Assembly (NCBI GenBank): GCA_013239625.1
Contig: MU053881.1
Span: 9,757,957 to 9,821,956, forward strand
Length of the DNA: 64,000 nucleotides
Direction of reading: 5' to 3'
Source: Lama guanicoe
Lineage: Eukaryota
Made by a program: the position numbers and the translations under genes. Positions 49,149 through 62,728 of this stretch are shown piece by piece. Under the pieces are notes generated by a model. That model made no database searches. It had not been told where the DNA came from and saw only the letters and a list, made by a program, of their open reading frames with translations. Within the stretch, counting starts at the first letter, position 1, and every line of letters begins with the position of its first letter.

Positions 49149-50169
49149 TTGTGTTTGAAATTGGTATGTGACTTCGCAGTAGTTCCTGCAGAGAAATAAA
49201 GATTAATGTGAATACTACATATGGCCTTATTTTACAAATGGGAGAAAAAAATGAATTACTTCCTCTTTCAAGGAACACTGTGGATTTTAGCCAGTCGGTC
49301 GCTACTTTGGCAGAGAAGAAAGCAAAGTTAGATGGAATTTGTTCATCGGCCTTTGAGATCTAGTCCATCTGACAAAATTAGATGCATTACTTTCTTTTTA
49401 TTATTGGTGAATTAAAACCTCTCTCTCTCTCTCTTTTTTTCCTTCCAGGATTCAGAGGAGAACATTACCTCATTGAAAACAGGTCAGATTTCCACAGTCC
49501 ACAAAGTGACCAACCCCCACACTGTAGAATTTGCATTTCCAGACTCTCAAAAAATCAGCAAAAGCTGACAACCGTACAGCTTCTGTACTCTCCAATTATC
49601 TCCTTTCAGAGCCAGAACACACAAACACTTTCTTGCATTTAATTAAGTATTGCAGTTCCAGATTATCTTTGATTAATGAAGAGCAATACAGCGTATAGCT
49701 AGAATTATGTGATTATTTCACAATTGATCTTTAATTATTCCATCTGATAATAATTTCACTAATTTTTCATAATGTTCTCATCTAGCTTCTTATAAATGAG
49801 CTATAACAATTAATAATTTTCATTAATTTTCCGTGAAAATGATGTGAAGTTTCAGATAGAACTCTTAACCTTCAAAAACTGTTTTTGAACATTTAATTAA
49901 AGGATAAGCTGCACTATCATATGGAAAAACCGCATGATTTCTGCAGCGATAACAAGTCAAGTCAACACTCCAATGTTTCCCTCTCTTTTTTGTTGTTGGT
50001 ACTTGGGTGATTGGTATTTTTTTCTATCTCCCAACCTGCATTCTTAGTGGCTGGATTTCAGAGCCAGATGGATGTTGACTTTATGCCAATTTGACCCTTT
50101 CTATATGATTTTGGTCAATTTACTTAACCTCTCCAAACTACCGCAGGGTGTTAATAAGTTGGAAGTTAG

Positions 50170-50420
50170 AGCCTTCACTGAGAATTAGGTGGTGCGTTAA
50201 GACATGGGATTGGATGAGGAAGCCTAGGGCAAGTCTGGAGGTGGAAGAACCGAGGTCAGAGCCTTGAGGCTCTTCATTTCTAGTCAAGCAGGGCAGAGGG
50301 ACTGGCAGGGAGACAGAGAAGGAGCCAGCTGTGAGGCTGGAGGAAGCCCAGAGGATACCGTAAGAGGCAAAAGAAGGAAGAGTTTCAAGAAGTTTACCGT
50401 TCACTAAATAAATTCTCTTA
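50170..50420 (-). mobile_element. LINE-2 fragment
   Basis: 'gcaaggagacagagaaggagccag'-like 'ggcagggagacagagaaggagccagctgtgaggctggaggaagccca', then 'gaagagtttcaagaag'. Confidence 0.65.
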
Positions 50421-50974
50421 ACATTCGGCATTCAATTTAACCCCTACAGCAGCCCTCTGAAGTGCATGTATTGTCATCCATATTTTAAAAAAGTGGACAA
50501 GGAAGTAGACCAAGGCCATCCAGCTAATGAAAACAGTTAAGACTTCAATCTAAAATGTCCTGATTGAGAACCAATGTGTATGCATTTATTAAATGGAAAC
50601 TTCCTCTTGCTTATTTACTGGTTATAAACACTTAGGTCCTTCCTGGCTGCCATCTGTCGCTATATAGATTGAGTTATGAGTGCATGGCCCTGACACGGCC
50701 TAGGCAGGCAACAGCAAGGTGACCTGGGCACTGTTTGACTACAGAACCTAATCTAGCAACTGGGTTTTGGGAGACTGTTTGGACCACTGGAGATGATGAA
50801 GGGACATGGCAGGACTAATGACTACTGACGAACTTACACCTTTGTGCTGAGAATTTCATCCTAACTCCTTATATTTAGAAGGCATGACTTCAAAGTTGTT
50901 GGAAAATATATTGCCATTCATCACTGTTTAGAAACTCATGTATTGCTTCCAAATACATTTTAAGCAAAGACATC

Positions 50975-51170
50975 TGCCATTTATTAAGGATGTATAAACC
51001 AGACATTGTGCTAAATATTCAATACCCATTCAACACTGTGAGATAGGCATTTTTATTTATTCCCATTTTCTATGTGGAACCCCCCCCCCGAGATTTAGAG
51101 AGTCAGAGTAACTTGCTGAAGGTCACAGGACTTGGAAATGCAAAACCAGGACTGCAACTCTGAAACTTAT
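50975..51170 (-). mobile_element. MIR SINE
   Basis: 'caacactgtgagataggcatt..cccattttc..agtaacttgctgaaggtcaca'. Confidence 0.7.
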
Positions 51171-51727
51171 TCCAGATTTAAGTCTATAAAGGATGTTAGA
51201 ATGGATTACTGACTTGAGGAGCCAGAGACTGGCTTACTGGGCATCACAGGTTGTCAATAATTGAATGTTCCCAAGAAGTTAACACTTCAGGGAACCAAAT
51301 TTTAAAACTGTTCATTGTTGAGGAGTAGAACTCTTCCTAAAATTGTTGCATGCCCTCCTGCCTTCTTTGGTACTGAACACTAGATAAGGGTTTACATTTT
51401 CTTGACAGCATAAGGCATTCATTACAATTATCATTCATGGTCCTGTTTCACAGGTTTTTAAGACTTAGTGGGTTGCAGAGTTAAATGAAGAAAAACTCTA
51501 TACTAAGAGTTTCATTTCTTGAAAAGATCCTTTTAGTGTATCGGCTCACTTTATTTTGGATGTTTGCATCTTTCTTAAAAAGACTGAGAAAACAGTATTC
51601 ACATATCAGACTTCTGAGAAGACAATACAGCCAACTTTGTACAAAACATATTAGGGAATGAGTCTAAGCTCAAAATACTGACTTCCCAGGGGTTTTTTTT
51701 TTCTTCTTCTTCTCTAGAAAATGAGCT

Positions 51728-51763
51728 TGTTCCATGGTGCCCTCCTTTTTCTTTGTCTTATCA
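51728..51763 (+). repeat. Copy 1 of dispersed direct repeat (pairs with 52456-52488)
   Basis: tgttccatggtgccctcctttttctttgtcttatca. Confidence 0.9.
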
Positions 51764-52455
51764 ACCAGAGTCAGGGCACAGTGTAGGATTCCTGCATTAG
51801 TAACACGAGGGGTAAAATGCCTCTCCTTGTAAGTCTACACCTGTATGTCTTTCAGACTCACTCACAGTGAATACACGGGTGTGGATGGAGTATCGAAAAT
51901 CTAGCACCATCAGGAGAATTTTTAAGAAGGAATAATTCAGAACCTGCATATTGTTTATAACTAGAAGTTGATAACATAGAACAAGAATGTACATTAACAA
52001 TTTTTAAAAAAGGACTCTTGGATATTCAAGGAGATCAGAGTATAAGAAACACAGTTATCTAACCTTTAAAGTCACAAAGGGCTTCAATATTCACACACTA
52101 TGGTACCTGAATGTTTTGATTAAGGTGCTGGTGCTATGGGTAGATTGAATGTAAGCCAAAAATTAATACCTATAAAGAAGGATTAAAGAAAGAAGTGCAG
52201 GACACCATCTCTGCTCCCTCATAGCATACTTTTCCTTTGTGTGACAGATCAGCTTACTCTCTTCAGGTCAGTCCACCCTTATGAAAGGATCGCTTCTTGA
52301 ATGCACTGAAAGATCGATGAATTAGCCAGGAAAGTATATTCTAACTCACTCTGTTAAATATTTGGCATATTAGAAAGCTCAGGGATAATGATAACTCCCA
52401 ATTACTTATCTTTTTATGGAAGTCTAAGGTTTATGAAAGATTAAGTGAGGTTCAG

Positions 52456-52488
52456 TGTTCCATGGTGCCCCTTTTCTTTGTCTTATCA
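52456..52488 (+). repeat. Copy 2 of dispersed direct repeat (pairs with 51728-51763)
   Basis: tgttccatggtgccccttttctttgtcttatca; same as copy 1 except 3 nt shorter in the central C/T run. Confidence 0.9.
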
Positions 52489-52779
52489 GCATCCTTCTCT
52501 ACTCTTCAGACTGGCAAGCTCCTTTGCCCCTCCAGGGCAACTTCTGTTATCTGTCGCCTCTCTTTTCTGTCCATTCTTTAGCCATCTCCATTTCTGTAGT
52601 TCTCCCTTGATTCTCCCATGACTCTCAACTTTCTGGCTGAGCAACTTGATTTTCATAGCAGCTAGGGCATGCTCCCATGCTCTCCCTTTCACCTAAACAA
52701 TAGCATTTTACTTCTAACCATTGGATATTTGGACCTCTGACCTATTGGATCACCCAACTGGAAAGCCATGCCACACACT

Positions 52780-53012
52780 GACAGAGAGCTCAAGCCATGG
52801 AATCAGATTAAATCTTGACTCCACCATTTCTAGCTGGATGACCTAAGTTGAGTTCCTTAAGGTCTCTGAGACTCAGTTTCCTCATCTGGAAAATGGGAAG
52901 AACAATTACACCCCACATCCCATAGGGTTGCTGTGATAGTTAAATAAAATAATACAGACCAAAGCACTGAGAACAGTGGCATGGTAAGCACTCAATCAAC
53001 CATAACTATTTT
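52780..53012 (+). mobile_element. MIR SINE, near full length
   Basis: 'tctctgagactcagtttcctcatctggaaaatggg..catagggttgctgtga..aagcactgagaacagt..gtaagcactcaat'. Confidence 0.9.
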
Positions 53013-53934
53013 AAAAAAATTACTGTATTCTGCTCAAGACTTGCTTTCTTTTTTTTTTTTTTCTTGTGTAAGGGGTAATTTTTAAAAGACAACCATTTGT
53101 AGATTTTTCTTTTCTAATGATGCCTGATACCAAATCTTATACATACTCAGAGTGTATAAGTTTCACAATGATTTTTGCCAATATGTCTTAGTTTTAACCT
53201 ATAGATGTCTTCAAAGAACAATGAATGTGCACACGTGCACACACATACTCATTGCCTATTGGCTGTTCTAGGTCAGCAGATGGAACCCTCTTATTTTAAG
53301 TTAGACCGGGCATATTCATCTGTAAAGATGGTAAGCTGGTTGATATAATAAGAAAGAGATCCATTTAGAGTAATATTTAGAGCACAGCGAACTTAAATTT
53401 ATTTTTGTTCCTATGCCATAAAAAATTCCATCTGCCATTTATTAATATTGAGGAATTTGATTACAACTTACACTTTGTGCAAATGAATGGTATTAAAAAA
53501 AAATGCAATCCTTCGTAAGTGCTAAAAATGAACTAGGGGCCAAGACATATCAGGAAAAGAAAGCAGCATGGGGTAATTCCACTGAGTGGCTTAAAAGCTC
53601 GTATTGTACTACTTGCCATGTAAGGAAGGGGAAGGCTCCTGCCAAACACATCACTGAAATAAGAATTGTTTAAACTACAAAAAGCATGACAGCTCCATGC
53701 AAATATCTTAAAGGCTCAAGGTCACTTACAAAGGAGAACCAGGTGGTGAAACCTTGGAGTGGTAAAATCATAGCCCTATCTTAACTCTAGCTACCCTCAG
53801 AGGAGAAACATTTTACCATTTTCAAAAACAGAGATTTCCTTCGGCATGTGGATTAGTGCAAAATTTCAGAAAACAGAAGCTTAAGAATTTTCTCCTGGTT
53901 AGTCTGGCTCTTTCTACTCTGATTACCTTCCTGG

Positions 53935-54097
53935 TGCTTTCCATCAGAACCACTTTTGCATCAGAATAATTCATAGTCTAAGACCCAAAATAAATAAATA
54001 CCACAAAATCAGAATCTTCATAGGACTGGGTCCAGCTGTGTCCAGTTTCAAGACATTCCCCAGGTGTTTCTACCTCTTTTAAAGGTCACTGTTCTAA
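53935..54097. mobile_element. MER5-like hAT-Charlie MITE
   Basis: 'tgcatcagaat', 'aatcagaatct', 'tccccaggtgtttct' and end 'cactgttcta'. Confidence 0.5.
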
Positions 54098-54189
54098 TCA
54101 AATCAATTCTACACGTAAGGGAAATAAGGTTCAGAAAGCTGATGGCACGGAGAATTAAAATTCTTTGGTCACCTACATACTACACGGAG

Positions 54190-54570
54190 AGTCAAAAATG
54201 GAACAGTGACAAGGAGCACAGGAGCCAATTCCACTGCCAGTAATTACAGCCTCTGTTTCCCTAGGAAAGTTAACCTTTTTCTGCCTTAGTTTCCCCCATC
54301 TGAGCAGGGGATTATAATATTACCCAGCATGTAAAATTGTTAGCTGAGTTAAAACTTACACAGTGAAAAAAGCAGAGCCCAGCAAAGAGAGAGCACTCAA
54401 TAAAACAAGAGCTGAATTTACTATGTGACAATCCTTTACCAAGATTTTATGTGTTATATTATTTAAGTCTCCATCAATCCTGAGTAAGGCCATGTTATCC
54501 CACTTCACAGACAGAAAAACAGATTCAGAAATAATACGTAGCTCACCAGAGTCCACCCACCAGTGAGCAA
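54190..54570. mobile_element. Two adjacent MIRs, + then - (tail to tail)
   Basis: Plus core 'tctgccttagtttcccccatctg', then minus core 'cccacttcacagacagaaaaacagattcaga'. Confidence 0.65.
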
Positions 54571-57174
54571 CTGTGTACCCTTTCTACATTCCGGCATGAC
54601 TCTAAAAAGCCAATTCCATGATGCAGCAGTTATCTCCTTGACCCTGTGAAAAGCACGATGGGTTTAAACTTGTTTTTTTTTTTTTTTTGCATTTGAAGAA
54701 ATGAAAATGAACCAAAGTCTTTTAAAAATTACAGTGCAACTTTCTTCCTCTGCAAACTAGAATGACGCATTTTATACTTTTTGCATTTGATTTTTAAAGT
54801 GATAACACTGAAACAAACGTATCTGAAAGGACCATGCTCTCCTGGGCACATATAAATGTCCCTGGCATGAATTGCACGCGTAACTGGGATTATTTTGGAG
54901 AAGAGGAGAAGGTAAAAAAAACAAAAACAAAAAAACAAAAACAAACCCACATGTGTAATAAATGTATTGCTAATTGTGTCTAGGTGAAATTCTGTAAGAT
55001 TGTTTTGAGCTTCCATTGGATGCTAGTTCCTGTACATACTAAGAAAACTGCCAGACCACACGTCACCCATCCAACCTAAAACGGACCACGATGGTGGATG
55101 AAGCTTCAGAGATTGTTCCTTTGCATCAGTGCTCCCTGACTTGCCTTCTACCACGTTACTTCCTTCTTACCTATTAAAAAACTCCAAAGACAGTGGGTCT
55201 ACAGGTGAAACCATGTGAGAATTTTATCAAAAGAAAGTCAAGACTAGCAGTGCATGAAATTCTTACATCCAAACTGGAGTCTAAAGGGCGGTCTCATCCA
55301 GTAGAAACAAGCCACTCATGCAAACCATCTGTAGAATAACCACAGGGCAGACCCAGTGGTGGCTTCGCAGTTGCCAACAAAACAAGCTTAGAAGCCTCCC
55401 TAGGAGACAAATGCTTCTGAAAAATTTCTTCCACTGCTTAGCATATGGGTCTGTGATTGCTGCCCAAACAAAAGGATAAAGCAAGGAAGGACAGAGCTAC
55501 AGCTGAAAAAATGTTTTTTTCTTTCTTTCTTCTTCCTTTTATTATAATAAAGAGATGCTTTCCTTTTCATTTCTTTTTCTTTTTTCAGAACCCCCAGAAA
55601 GGTGCTCAGTCTTCCTGACCAATGTTAAGGTTTAACGGCATTTTCTCCAGCGCTCAGGGAAACTGGATTTATTCAAGAAGATGCGGGGACTTGCTTGTTT
55701 TAAATTTCAGCAGCGTGATATCTTCCCCTGCTGAAGGAGATAGTGAAGGCCAAAAGATGAGCTGGCAAATCATTTTTTCATTTAAGTCTCTTTGCATTCT
55801 CTCTACTCTACAACTTGATACCAAGGCAGCTTTCCCTCTCCTCTTTGTGTGGGGCTGTGGAATAGTGAAACCAGAAGGTCTAGTCTGCAGGGCAGAGCAG
55901 CATCCCACGTCACCCTGCCGTGCTCCCTGTGGCTGACGGGGTAGAGGAAATCACAAGCTTGGAAGGGCATTTGAATGGAACCTCCTTGGCCAGAGGCACT
56001 GAGAAGATGGGAAGCTACACTGGCAGGAAGGAACAATGTTAACAATTATTTATTTAAGCTTCTCCCAGGTCACACCCTTTTTCTTTCTCCTCTCCCTCTG
56101 AATTAAAAAAATAATCATATACACATACAATATTTAGACAAAAAAGGCAAGAGAGGAAAAGAAAATCTACTTCTCCCTAATTTCCAATGCAACAAAAGAC
56201 AATGTGTCCAGAAGTGCAAAATCTCTTTTAATGACCTCGCCTCGTCTTGCCAAATGGTACTCAATGAATCACAATTAACTGGGCTCCTAATAAACTCCAG
56301 TGGGAAAAAAATCAGGCATCACGTGGTGAATCATTCAGAATCTACATGAAACAAGCAAAAGGGAGCCCAAAGACTCAACATTTTAAAATGGGTACATTGT
56401 ACATGGTGTAACATTATTGCTTAAACATTGCAACAAAATAAACTGATTTTAAAAGTGAAATGTATCTCTCCCACCAGAAGCAACAGAAACAGTGGAGTTC
56501 AAGCAGTAACGTGACAGATAAGGAAGCAACATGAAAAATGAGCAGTATATCACAACCTCCAGTGAATGGAGAACATTCCATTATATGGAGTTCTGTACTA
56601 TAGGTCAGGACTGGCATAGTGTAGACTTAGTCTACTCAAGTGACCACGTCCATCATCAGACAGATGCTCCAAAGGGAGGTGGGGAGTTTTAGAGAGAAGG
56701 GAGGTTGGGGGATACAGAGCAAGTGCATCTCACCATTTCCTCCTTTTCTGGTTCCCAAAATAAGACTTACAAATATGAGCTAACTGAAGAATGAAACGAG
56801 ATAATACACAATTAGGTGCAAAATTATATTAGACACTCCAACTATAGTATTGGCATTAATGGTGAAGAAAAAAAATGAATGGGTCTAGAGTTCTTGGGAA
56901 GACCCTATTGAGAAGAATCCGGAGGTTCTGACAGAATTAAGTGAAGAAAAGTTAGGGCAATAATTTTCAGATAAGAGAAAGCTCAGGAGCAAAGGCATAT
57001 TAGTCAGAATAAGCCAACTGCAAGTAGGATAAATTAAAACAGGGAGAAGAGAAGTGTATGGCAGACAGGAAGCAGAATTTTTTTAAAAATTAGAATAGTC
57101 AGTTGATCAGACAGTTGGAATAAAGTTGTTTCACCTGGACTTTACCCAGAAGGTCCTCTGAAGCCTTTTAAATA

Positions 57175-57410
57175 TATCATCAGTATTATTGCTAGTAACA
57201 ACTTTCTGTTCATTGAGTCATCCTTCAGGGACAGGCACTGTCTGAGCATTTTACATGCATTATTTTACATCATCTTCATGGCAACCCTATATGGCAGGAG
57301 TCGTCATTGTTTCCACATTAAGATGAAGTCTTGCAAAACCAAAGAATTTTGGAAAATTCCCCCTGGTCCTGCAGTAGAATTTGAATCAAAGCTTTTTCAC
57401 CTCAGAACTT
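57175..57410 (-). mobile_element. MIR SINE
   Basis: 'caggcactgtctgagcattttacatgcattatt..caaccctat..agaatttgaatc'. Confidence 0.7.
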
Positions 57411-57789
57411 GAGAGTGGAGAGATGAACGCTAGTGTTTTCCACATCAGCAGTAATTACTGAGTGCATATTAGATAACGAAGTTCTTAACGTTACGTATGA
57501 GAGGTGTGTTATCTGATTTCCCAAAGAGGAGGCATGTCCTAATTCTCGAGTTTCTATCAGATCAAGACCATGTTGTTTGCTTCACTTACTCATCAAATAG
57601 CACATCCCCCTGCAAGGAGGTGCTCCCTCTCACATGCATGCGGGTATGCACCCCCGCACACACACACACAGACAGACACACACACAATTAAACAAACTCA
57701 TGTCCAGAGAAGCAAGATCACCTCTACCCAGGGTCATACACACCCATGGTAGAGCTCGGATCCATAACCAGATCAGTCTCTTTCCTACA

Positions 57790-58129
57790 CAAGGGGTTGG
57801 CAGATGCTAGCCCGCAAGCCAAATCTGGCCCATAGCCTGTTTCTGTATGGCTCATGAGCTAAGAATGTTTTTTATATTTTTAAATGGTTGGGGGAAAATA
57901 AAATCAAAGGAAGAGTATTTCAGGAGACATGAAAATCATATGAAATTCCAATTACTGTGCCCATAAATACAGTCTTATTGGAACACCATGCACATTTGTT
58001 TGGGTATTGTCTGTGGCTGCTTTCATACGACAATAGCAGAGTTGAGTAGTTGCAACAGAGACTGTCCGGTCTGCCAAGCCTGAAATACCTACTATTTGGC
58101 TCTTCAGAGAGAAACCTTTCTTGACCCTG
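57790..58129. mobile_element. MER58B-like hAT-Charlie MITE, full length
   Basis: Termini 'caaggggttggca' and 'tgaccctg'; internal 'gccaaatctggccc', 'gagctaagaatg', 'gcagagttgagtagttgcaacagagac', 'aagcctgaaata..tactatttggc'. Confidence 0.9.
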
Positions 58130-61100
58130 TCCTGAATCATGACCTTTCCACTCTGTCACCCTGCCTTTCGTTCTGCTCTCCTATCTCTACAATAGACACA
58201 TCTGACAGAGCTAAGCTAGGGGATAAGAACATCGCAAAAAGCAAGGAATATTTCTCCATCACGTTTAACTTCTGATTTGTGGTAACTAGCATACTGAAGG
58301 CTATTTATTTCCTCCTAGTCTGTGGACCTGACATGCAGGTGCAGAATGACAGAAAGAAAATATACTATAGGAGCATCTGATGAAGATAATTCTGGGGAAG
58401 AAAGAGAAGTAAAGTGGGTCAGAGGCAAGCAGGTAACTTGAAGGATGGTTTCTGTGATTCAGGCATCGGGTGTCAAGTCTCAATCTGCTGGGATATTTGT
58501 GAAATGATAGTGACACCCCTCATCTGAGCCAAGCAACTAACTGCTTCTCTGGAAGGATATTCGGGAAAAATAAAAATAAGAGGGTCTGGTATTATGTTTT
58601 AAGTGGTCTTTGTCACTGAGAACTATACATTTGCCTACCCGGGTTTCAAACCACGAGCCACTTACGAGGCTATTTCAACCGAATATGGCAGCTGTTCAGC
58701 TACTCACGTTAACCCAGACACTAAGAGGACCATTCTCTGAAATCCTCCAGCTTCACATGCTGCATCTCTTATGCAAACGTGACTCAGAGCTATGCACTGC
58801 AAGACGCTTCACTCGAGGGGTTTCCGCCTTGGTGTGTGGAGACAATCTCTCCGACAAGATGTCAATCTTCAGCCACTGATACGTGTAATCAGCGCTTGTG
58901 TCCCCTGTGAACCACAGTCTCCAAAATTAAGGCAGAGACCGGACAAAGCATGTAAATCATCGCTGCATGGGGAGCGAAAAGCAAGGTTTAACATCCAAGG
59001 CACGAATCACCAACTAGGGGTTCCAGAGTGTCAGACTCTAGCCTGCAACCTTTTATAGGTGGCAACTCCTAGCGACAATGACAGCAACAATACCTTCAAA
59101 GAAAACACTGCTGCCTGGTGTTTAAGGATTTTATTCTGGGGAGAAAAAAAAGATAAAACTCTCTCTCTTATCTTTTTTTTAGCTAACGTGTCACAATGTC
59201 AAGGTTGTGTCAACCATAAAGGTCATATGCAGAAATGACAATATTTACTAACATAAAAATAAGTGTGCTTCCCCCTAAACTGCAGTTTGCTTAACCTCAT
59301 TTTTTAAAAATATATTGCCTAAAGCAGACAGTAAGAAAATTTGGGCATTATCGGTTGTCCGCATTTGAGCACCACTATCTAAAAAAGCACACACCAAAAG
59401 CTTTTAAGAAGGTGCTGTGTGATGCTTTTTCATTAGGGTCAGTCTGTCAGGTAATTATCCCCTGAGAGCACTGGGACTATAGTTTTTCTTTTTTTTTCCA
59501 TGCTAGAGAAGGCCAAGGGAACTGTCCCATGTCCAACCCCACTTTTTGGTTCTAAGGGGAGTTTTTCTGGTGTCAGCTCATGCCCCAGCTTCTCTGTGGG
59601 TTTGAGAGTCCAAATGTTCTTCCTCATCGGGTCACCACTTTTTATTCCAAGATTCCTACTGAGCACAGTCAAAAGACCACCCTCCACAGAGGTCCACAGG
59701 AAGTAGTGAAGTCGATTTTAGAAGAAAGGGACCTTGGGGTCTTGCGTTTGTTTGAAAAGGGCCAGGGATAATACATAAGACATCGTCAAACAAACACGGT
59801 TACAATAGGACTTCCTCCATCTGGTTCACTTATCCCTGTGGCCACACTGAAAGCAACCGGGAAGTCATTTATACGTAGATTTATGCACAGATTGGATAAG
59901 TAGTATTTCCTATATCTAAGTAGGATAATTTGTCAAATGTTTAGAGATGCTGTGATTAACAAAAGAGTTTCACTGAAAAGTGATAGATTCATAGTAATTT
60001 TTTTTTGCCTTAAACAAACAGTAACCTGAAAAGTACAACCACAAGACTCTGAAGATCTGAGACAAATTTTGGCATTTTAAGAAGGTACTTGTACTCAAAG
60101 ACCTTGGGAATAACGTGCCTGAGACTTTAGGGGGGAAAAAATGTCTGAAAACTCAGAGGGAAAAGAAAAAACAAAACCTGTTATTCCATGGTGAGTGATG
60201 CAAAGAACAAATGAAATTTGTCCTCTAAACTAGTTAAGCTTCTATAGTGAATTAATAACCAGATGGTTTTAGAAAAGAGATCACTGTGAACCAGCATACA
60301 TTTACTACAAACAAACAAATCTAATTTCCTGTGACAAAAGGGTTACTAGACTGATCAGCAATACAAAGTACTGTAGAGAGTCTATATATAACTTTCAATA
60401 AAACAGATGACAGAGATTCCCACGATATTCTTGTCACCAGAGGAGAATGTGGACTAGGTAATAATACGGTGCCTCAGCTGGAGCACTTGGCAAATGTCAG
60501 AAACCTAATGTGAACTGGCTGAAGCCAAAGAGTTCACATTCCGGCTTATGTAACAGCACAGTCTAGACCTGGCTTTGACTCCAGAGCAGCTCAATGTGCG
60601 TTTGGTCTCTTTGTTTTTCTCTCTGGGATCCACTTTTATCTGTCACTTGAATGGACCTCTTAACAAGGACCTCTCCGTGGGGAGACTCCTAGAAACGCCA
60701 ACCTTAAGCCTTCCCAGTTTCAATCCCTGCAGGAGAGTCTCTCTTCCCAACAACCCTACAAAAGGACAAGGATTCAATCTCATTAGAAAGACTTGGATTA
60801 TCTTCCCCGTTCTGGAGCCAGCATCAGTTCACATTCTCATTGACCCAGTTTGGTCACAGGACACCCTGAGAACCAGGGATAGACTGAGCCCTCAAAATGG
60901 TAGAAAGTGAAAATGGCACAAGAATGGTTCTCAAGGAAATGCATCACCAGAGAAAGGAGAAATGGGTATCAGGCAGCATGAACAACTGTCTACTACACAC
61001 TGTTAGGTATTGGCAGGTTTTATTTATGTATCAGTGTATCAACTTAGAGAAGTCTCTGATGCATAACCCAGGCTTTTATTTTTGTATCTTTGTCTTATGC

Positions 61101-61269
61101 TTTACTGAAGTCACTGAATGATGTTTATCATATTTTCAGTGGATACAAATGTTTACTCAACATGTTGGATGCCTTAAGTATGATTCATGTTAGACCCATG
61201 GGCCAAAACCAAGATGACAGAATTTTACATTCTTAAGTAGAAGGTATGGGGTTGCTGTTTTAAAGTCAA

Positions 61270-62008
61270 TTGTACAAGTAGAGGGGAGGGGAAAGCTGAT
61301 ATGACAGAAGCACATTTTTAAAAGACAAAGAGGTTCGGGTTAACCACAAGCTCAAAATGAGCCCGCCAAAGCCATCTTTTTGGCTGCAGTATCACAAAGA
61401 ACTCAGATCAAGCTCAGTAATAGTTTCTCTGTTTTTGTGAGGTCAGATCAGACCTAGAAGTTATATAGCATTCTAGATATTCTGTTTTAGTTCTAGGTGA
61501 TCTCCTCTTTTCTGCTTAACACGGTTCACAATTATGTATCTGTGTTGTTCTTCAGTTCCAGTTTATCTGCGCCTTCTTGAACATAAATTCCTTGAGGATA
61601 AGATGAGATGATGTGTATGTGTGTGTGTTTTACCATTGGGTCACCATATGAAAGCATCAATAAACATGCTTTGTGAGAAAAAAAAAATAAACCTGAAAAT
61701 GCCCTGATGAAGATGAGGAATCTGGAAGAGATTTGGGAACTTGTTCATGAAAAGAAGAGATGAGATAACAGACATGCTGAGCTTGGAGAAGGATGCTGAA
61801 ATAATATGGTGTCTGCCTTTAATTTTTGAAAGACCTTTGGATGAGCAAGTAGTGCTTATACGATAGTTCCGTCTCTTTTTCTTTAGCCACTCAAATAGAG
61901 CTTAGATGAACATCTCTTAAGGATGTCTTACAAGGAGTTTCAATTGGGTGGGAGGGGAGATGACTACGTTGTAAGATTCCTTGTAATTCTGAAAGGATAA
62001 GGTATTCT
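61270..62008 (+). mobile_element. L3/CR1 LINE remnant, possibly interrupted near 61490-61690
   Basis: CR1-like motifs 'accacaagctcaaaatgagcc', 'ggtcagatcagacctaga', 'gcttggagaag' and tail 'agatgac..taagattccttgtaattctga'. Confidence 0.55.
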
Positions 62009-62728
62009 AATTCTACAAAGACTACCAAACTCCTGGGAACCTTAGTGCCTTGTCCAGTCATGTCAAATTAGTACCATTCTTGGGGACCAGGTTGTACTGA
62101 GCCATGCAAAAGCCAGCAACTCACCTGTCTGTGCCAAAGGTTATAACTGATGGCAGGTTTGTCTGCAGTGATATGCAACAGAGGCGCATTTCTCTTAACT
62201 ATGTAGGAATGAGGCCATCACAACTTGGGACCATATGGAAAGGAAGCATCAGGTTGATACACAGCATATACAAGTCAAATTCCAACTTCATTTTTCTTCC
62301 TCTCTTCCTTCCCAAGAATAGAGTTTTAAAACACCTTTGGAAATACGTGAGCCATTGTCTGGCATTTGGAGAACTTTTTCATGCATCCATATATATTTAG
62401 AATTTCGTATGGCTCGAGGTAATTATTTATGTAACGAGTTTTATATTTGCATGTAGGCTGAAGTATATATAAATGTATACGGAAATGCAAATTTTTAATT
62501 ATTTATACTGTGAATAGAACTAGGCTTTGGTATCCTCTACATATTCCAAAGAAGACAACTCTAATATTTCATTCAGATTCCCCTCCCTTTCGAAGTCCTA
62601 CATCGACTCTTCTTTAAAAATCTAGATCACACCCCTTCTACTTAAGCCCCACCATATTCACAGTTCTTACCCCATTATACTGTCTGACTATTTATTTGAG
62701 TACATAAATCCAGTTTCCTGTGGAGCAT

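Noticed and set aside
58708..58798. Minus-strand exon candidate (cttgcag ... AAC|gtgagt)
   Set aside because: Poor exonic donor bases, short pyrimidine tract, unrecognised peptide.
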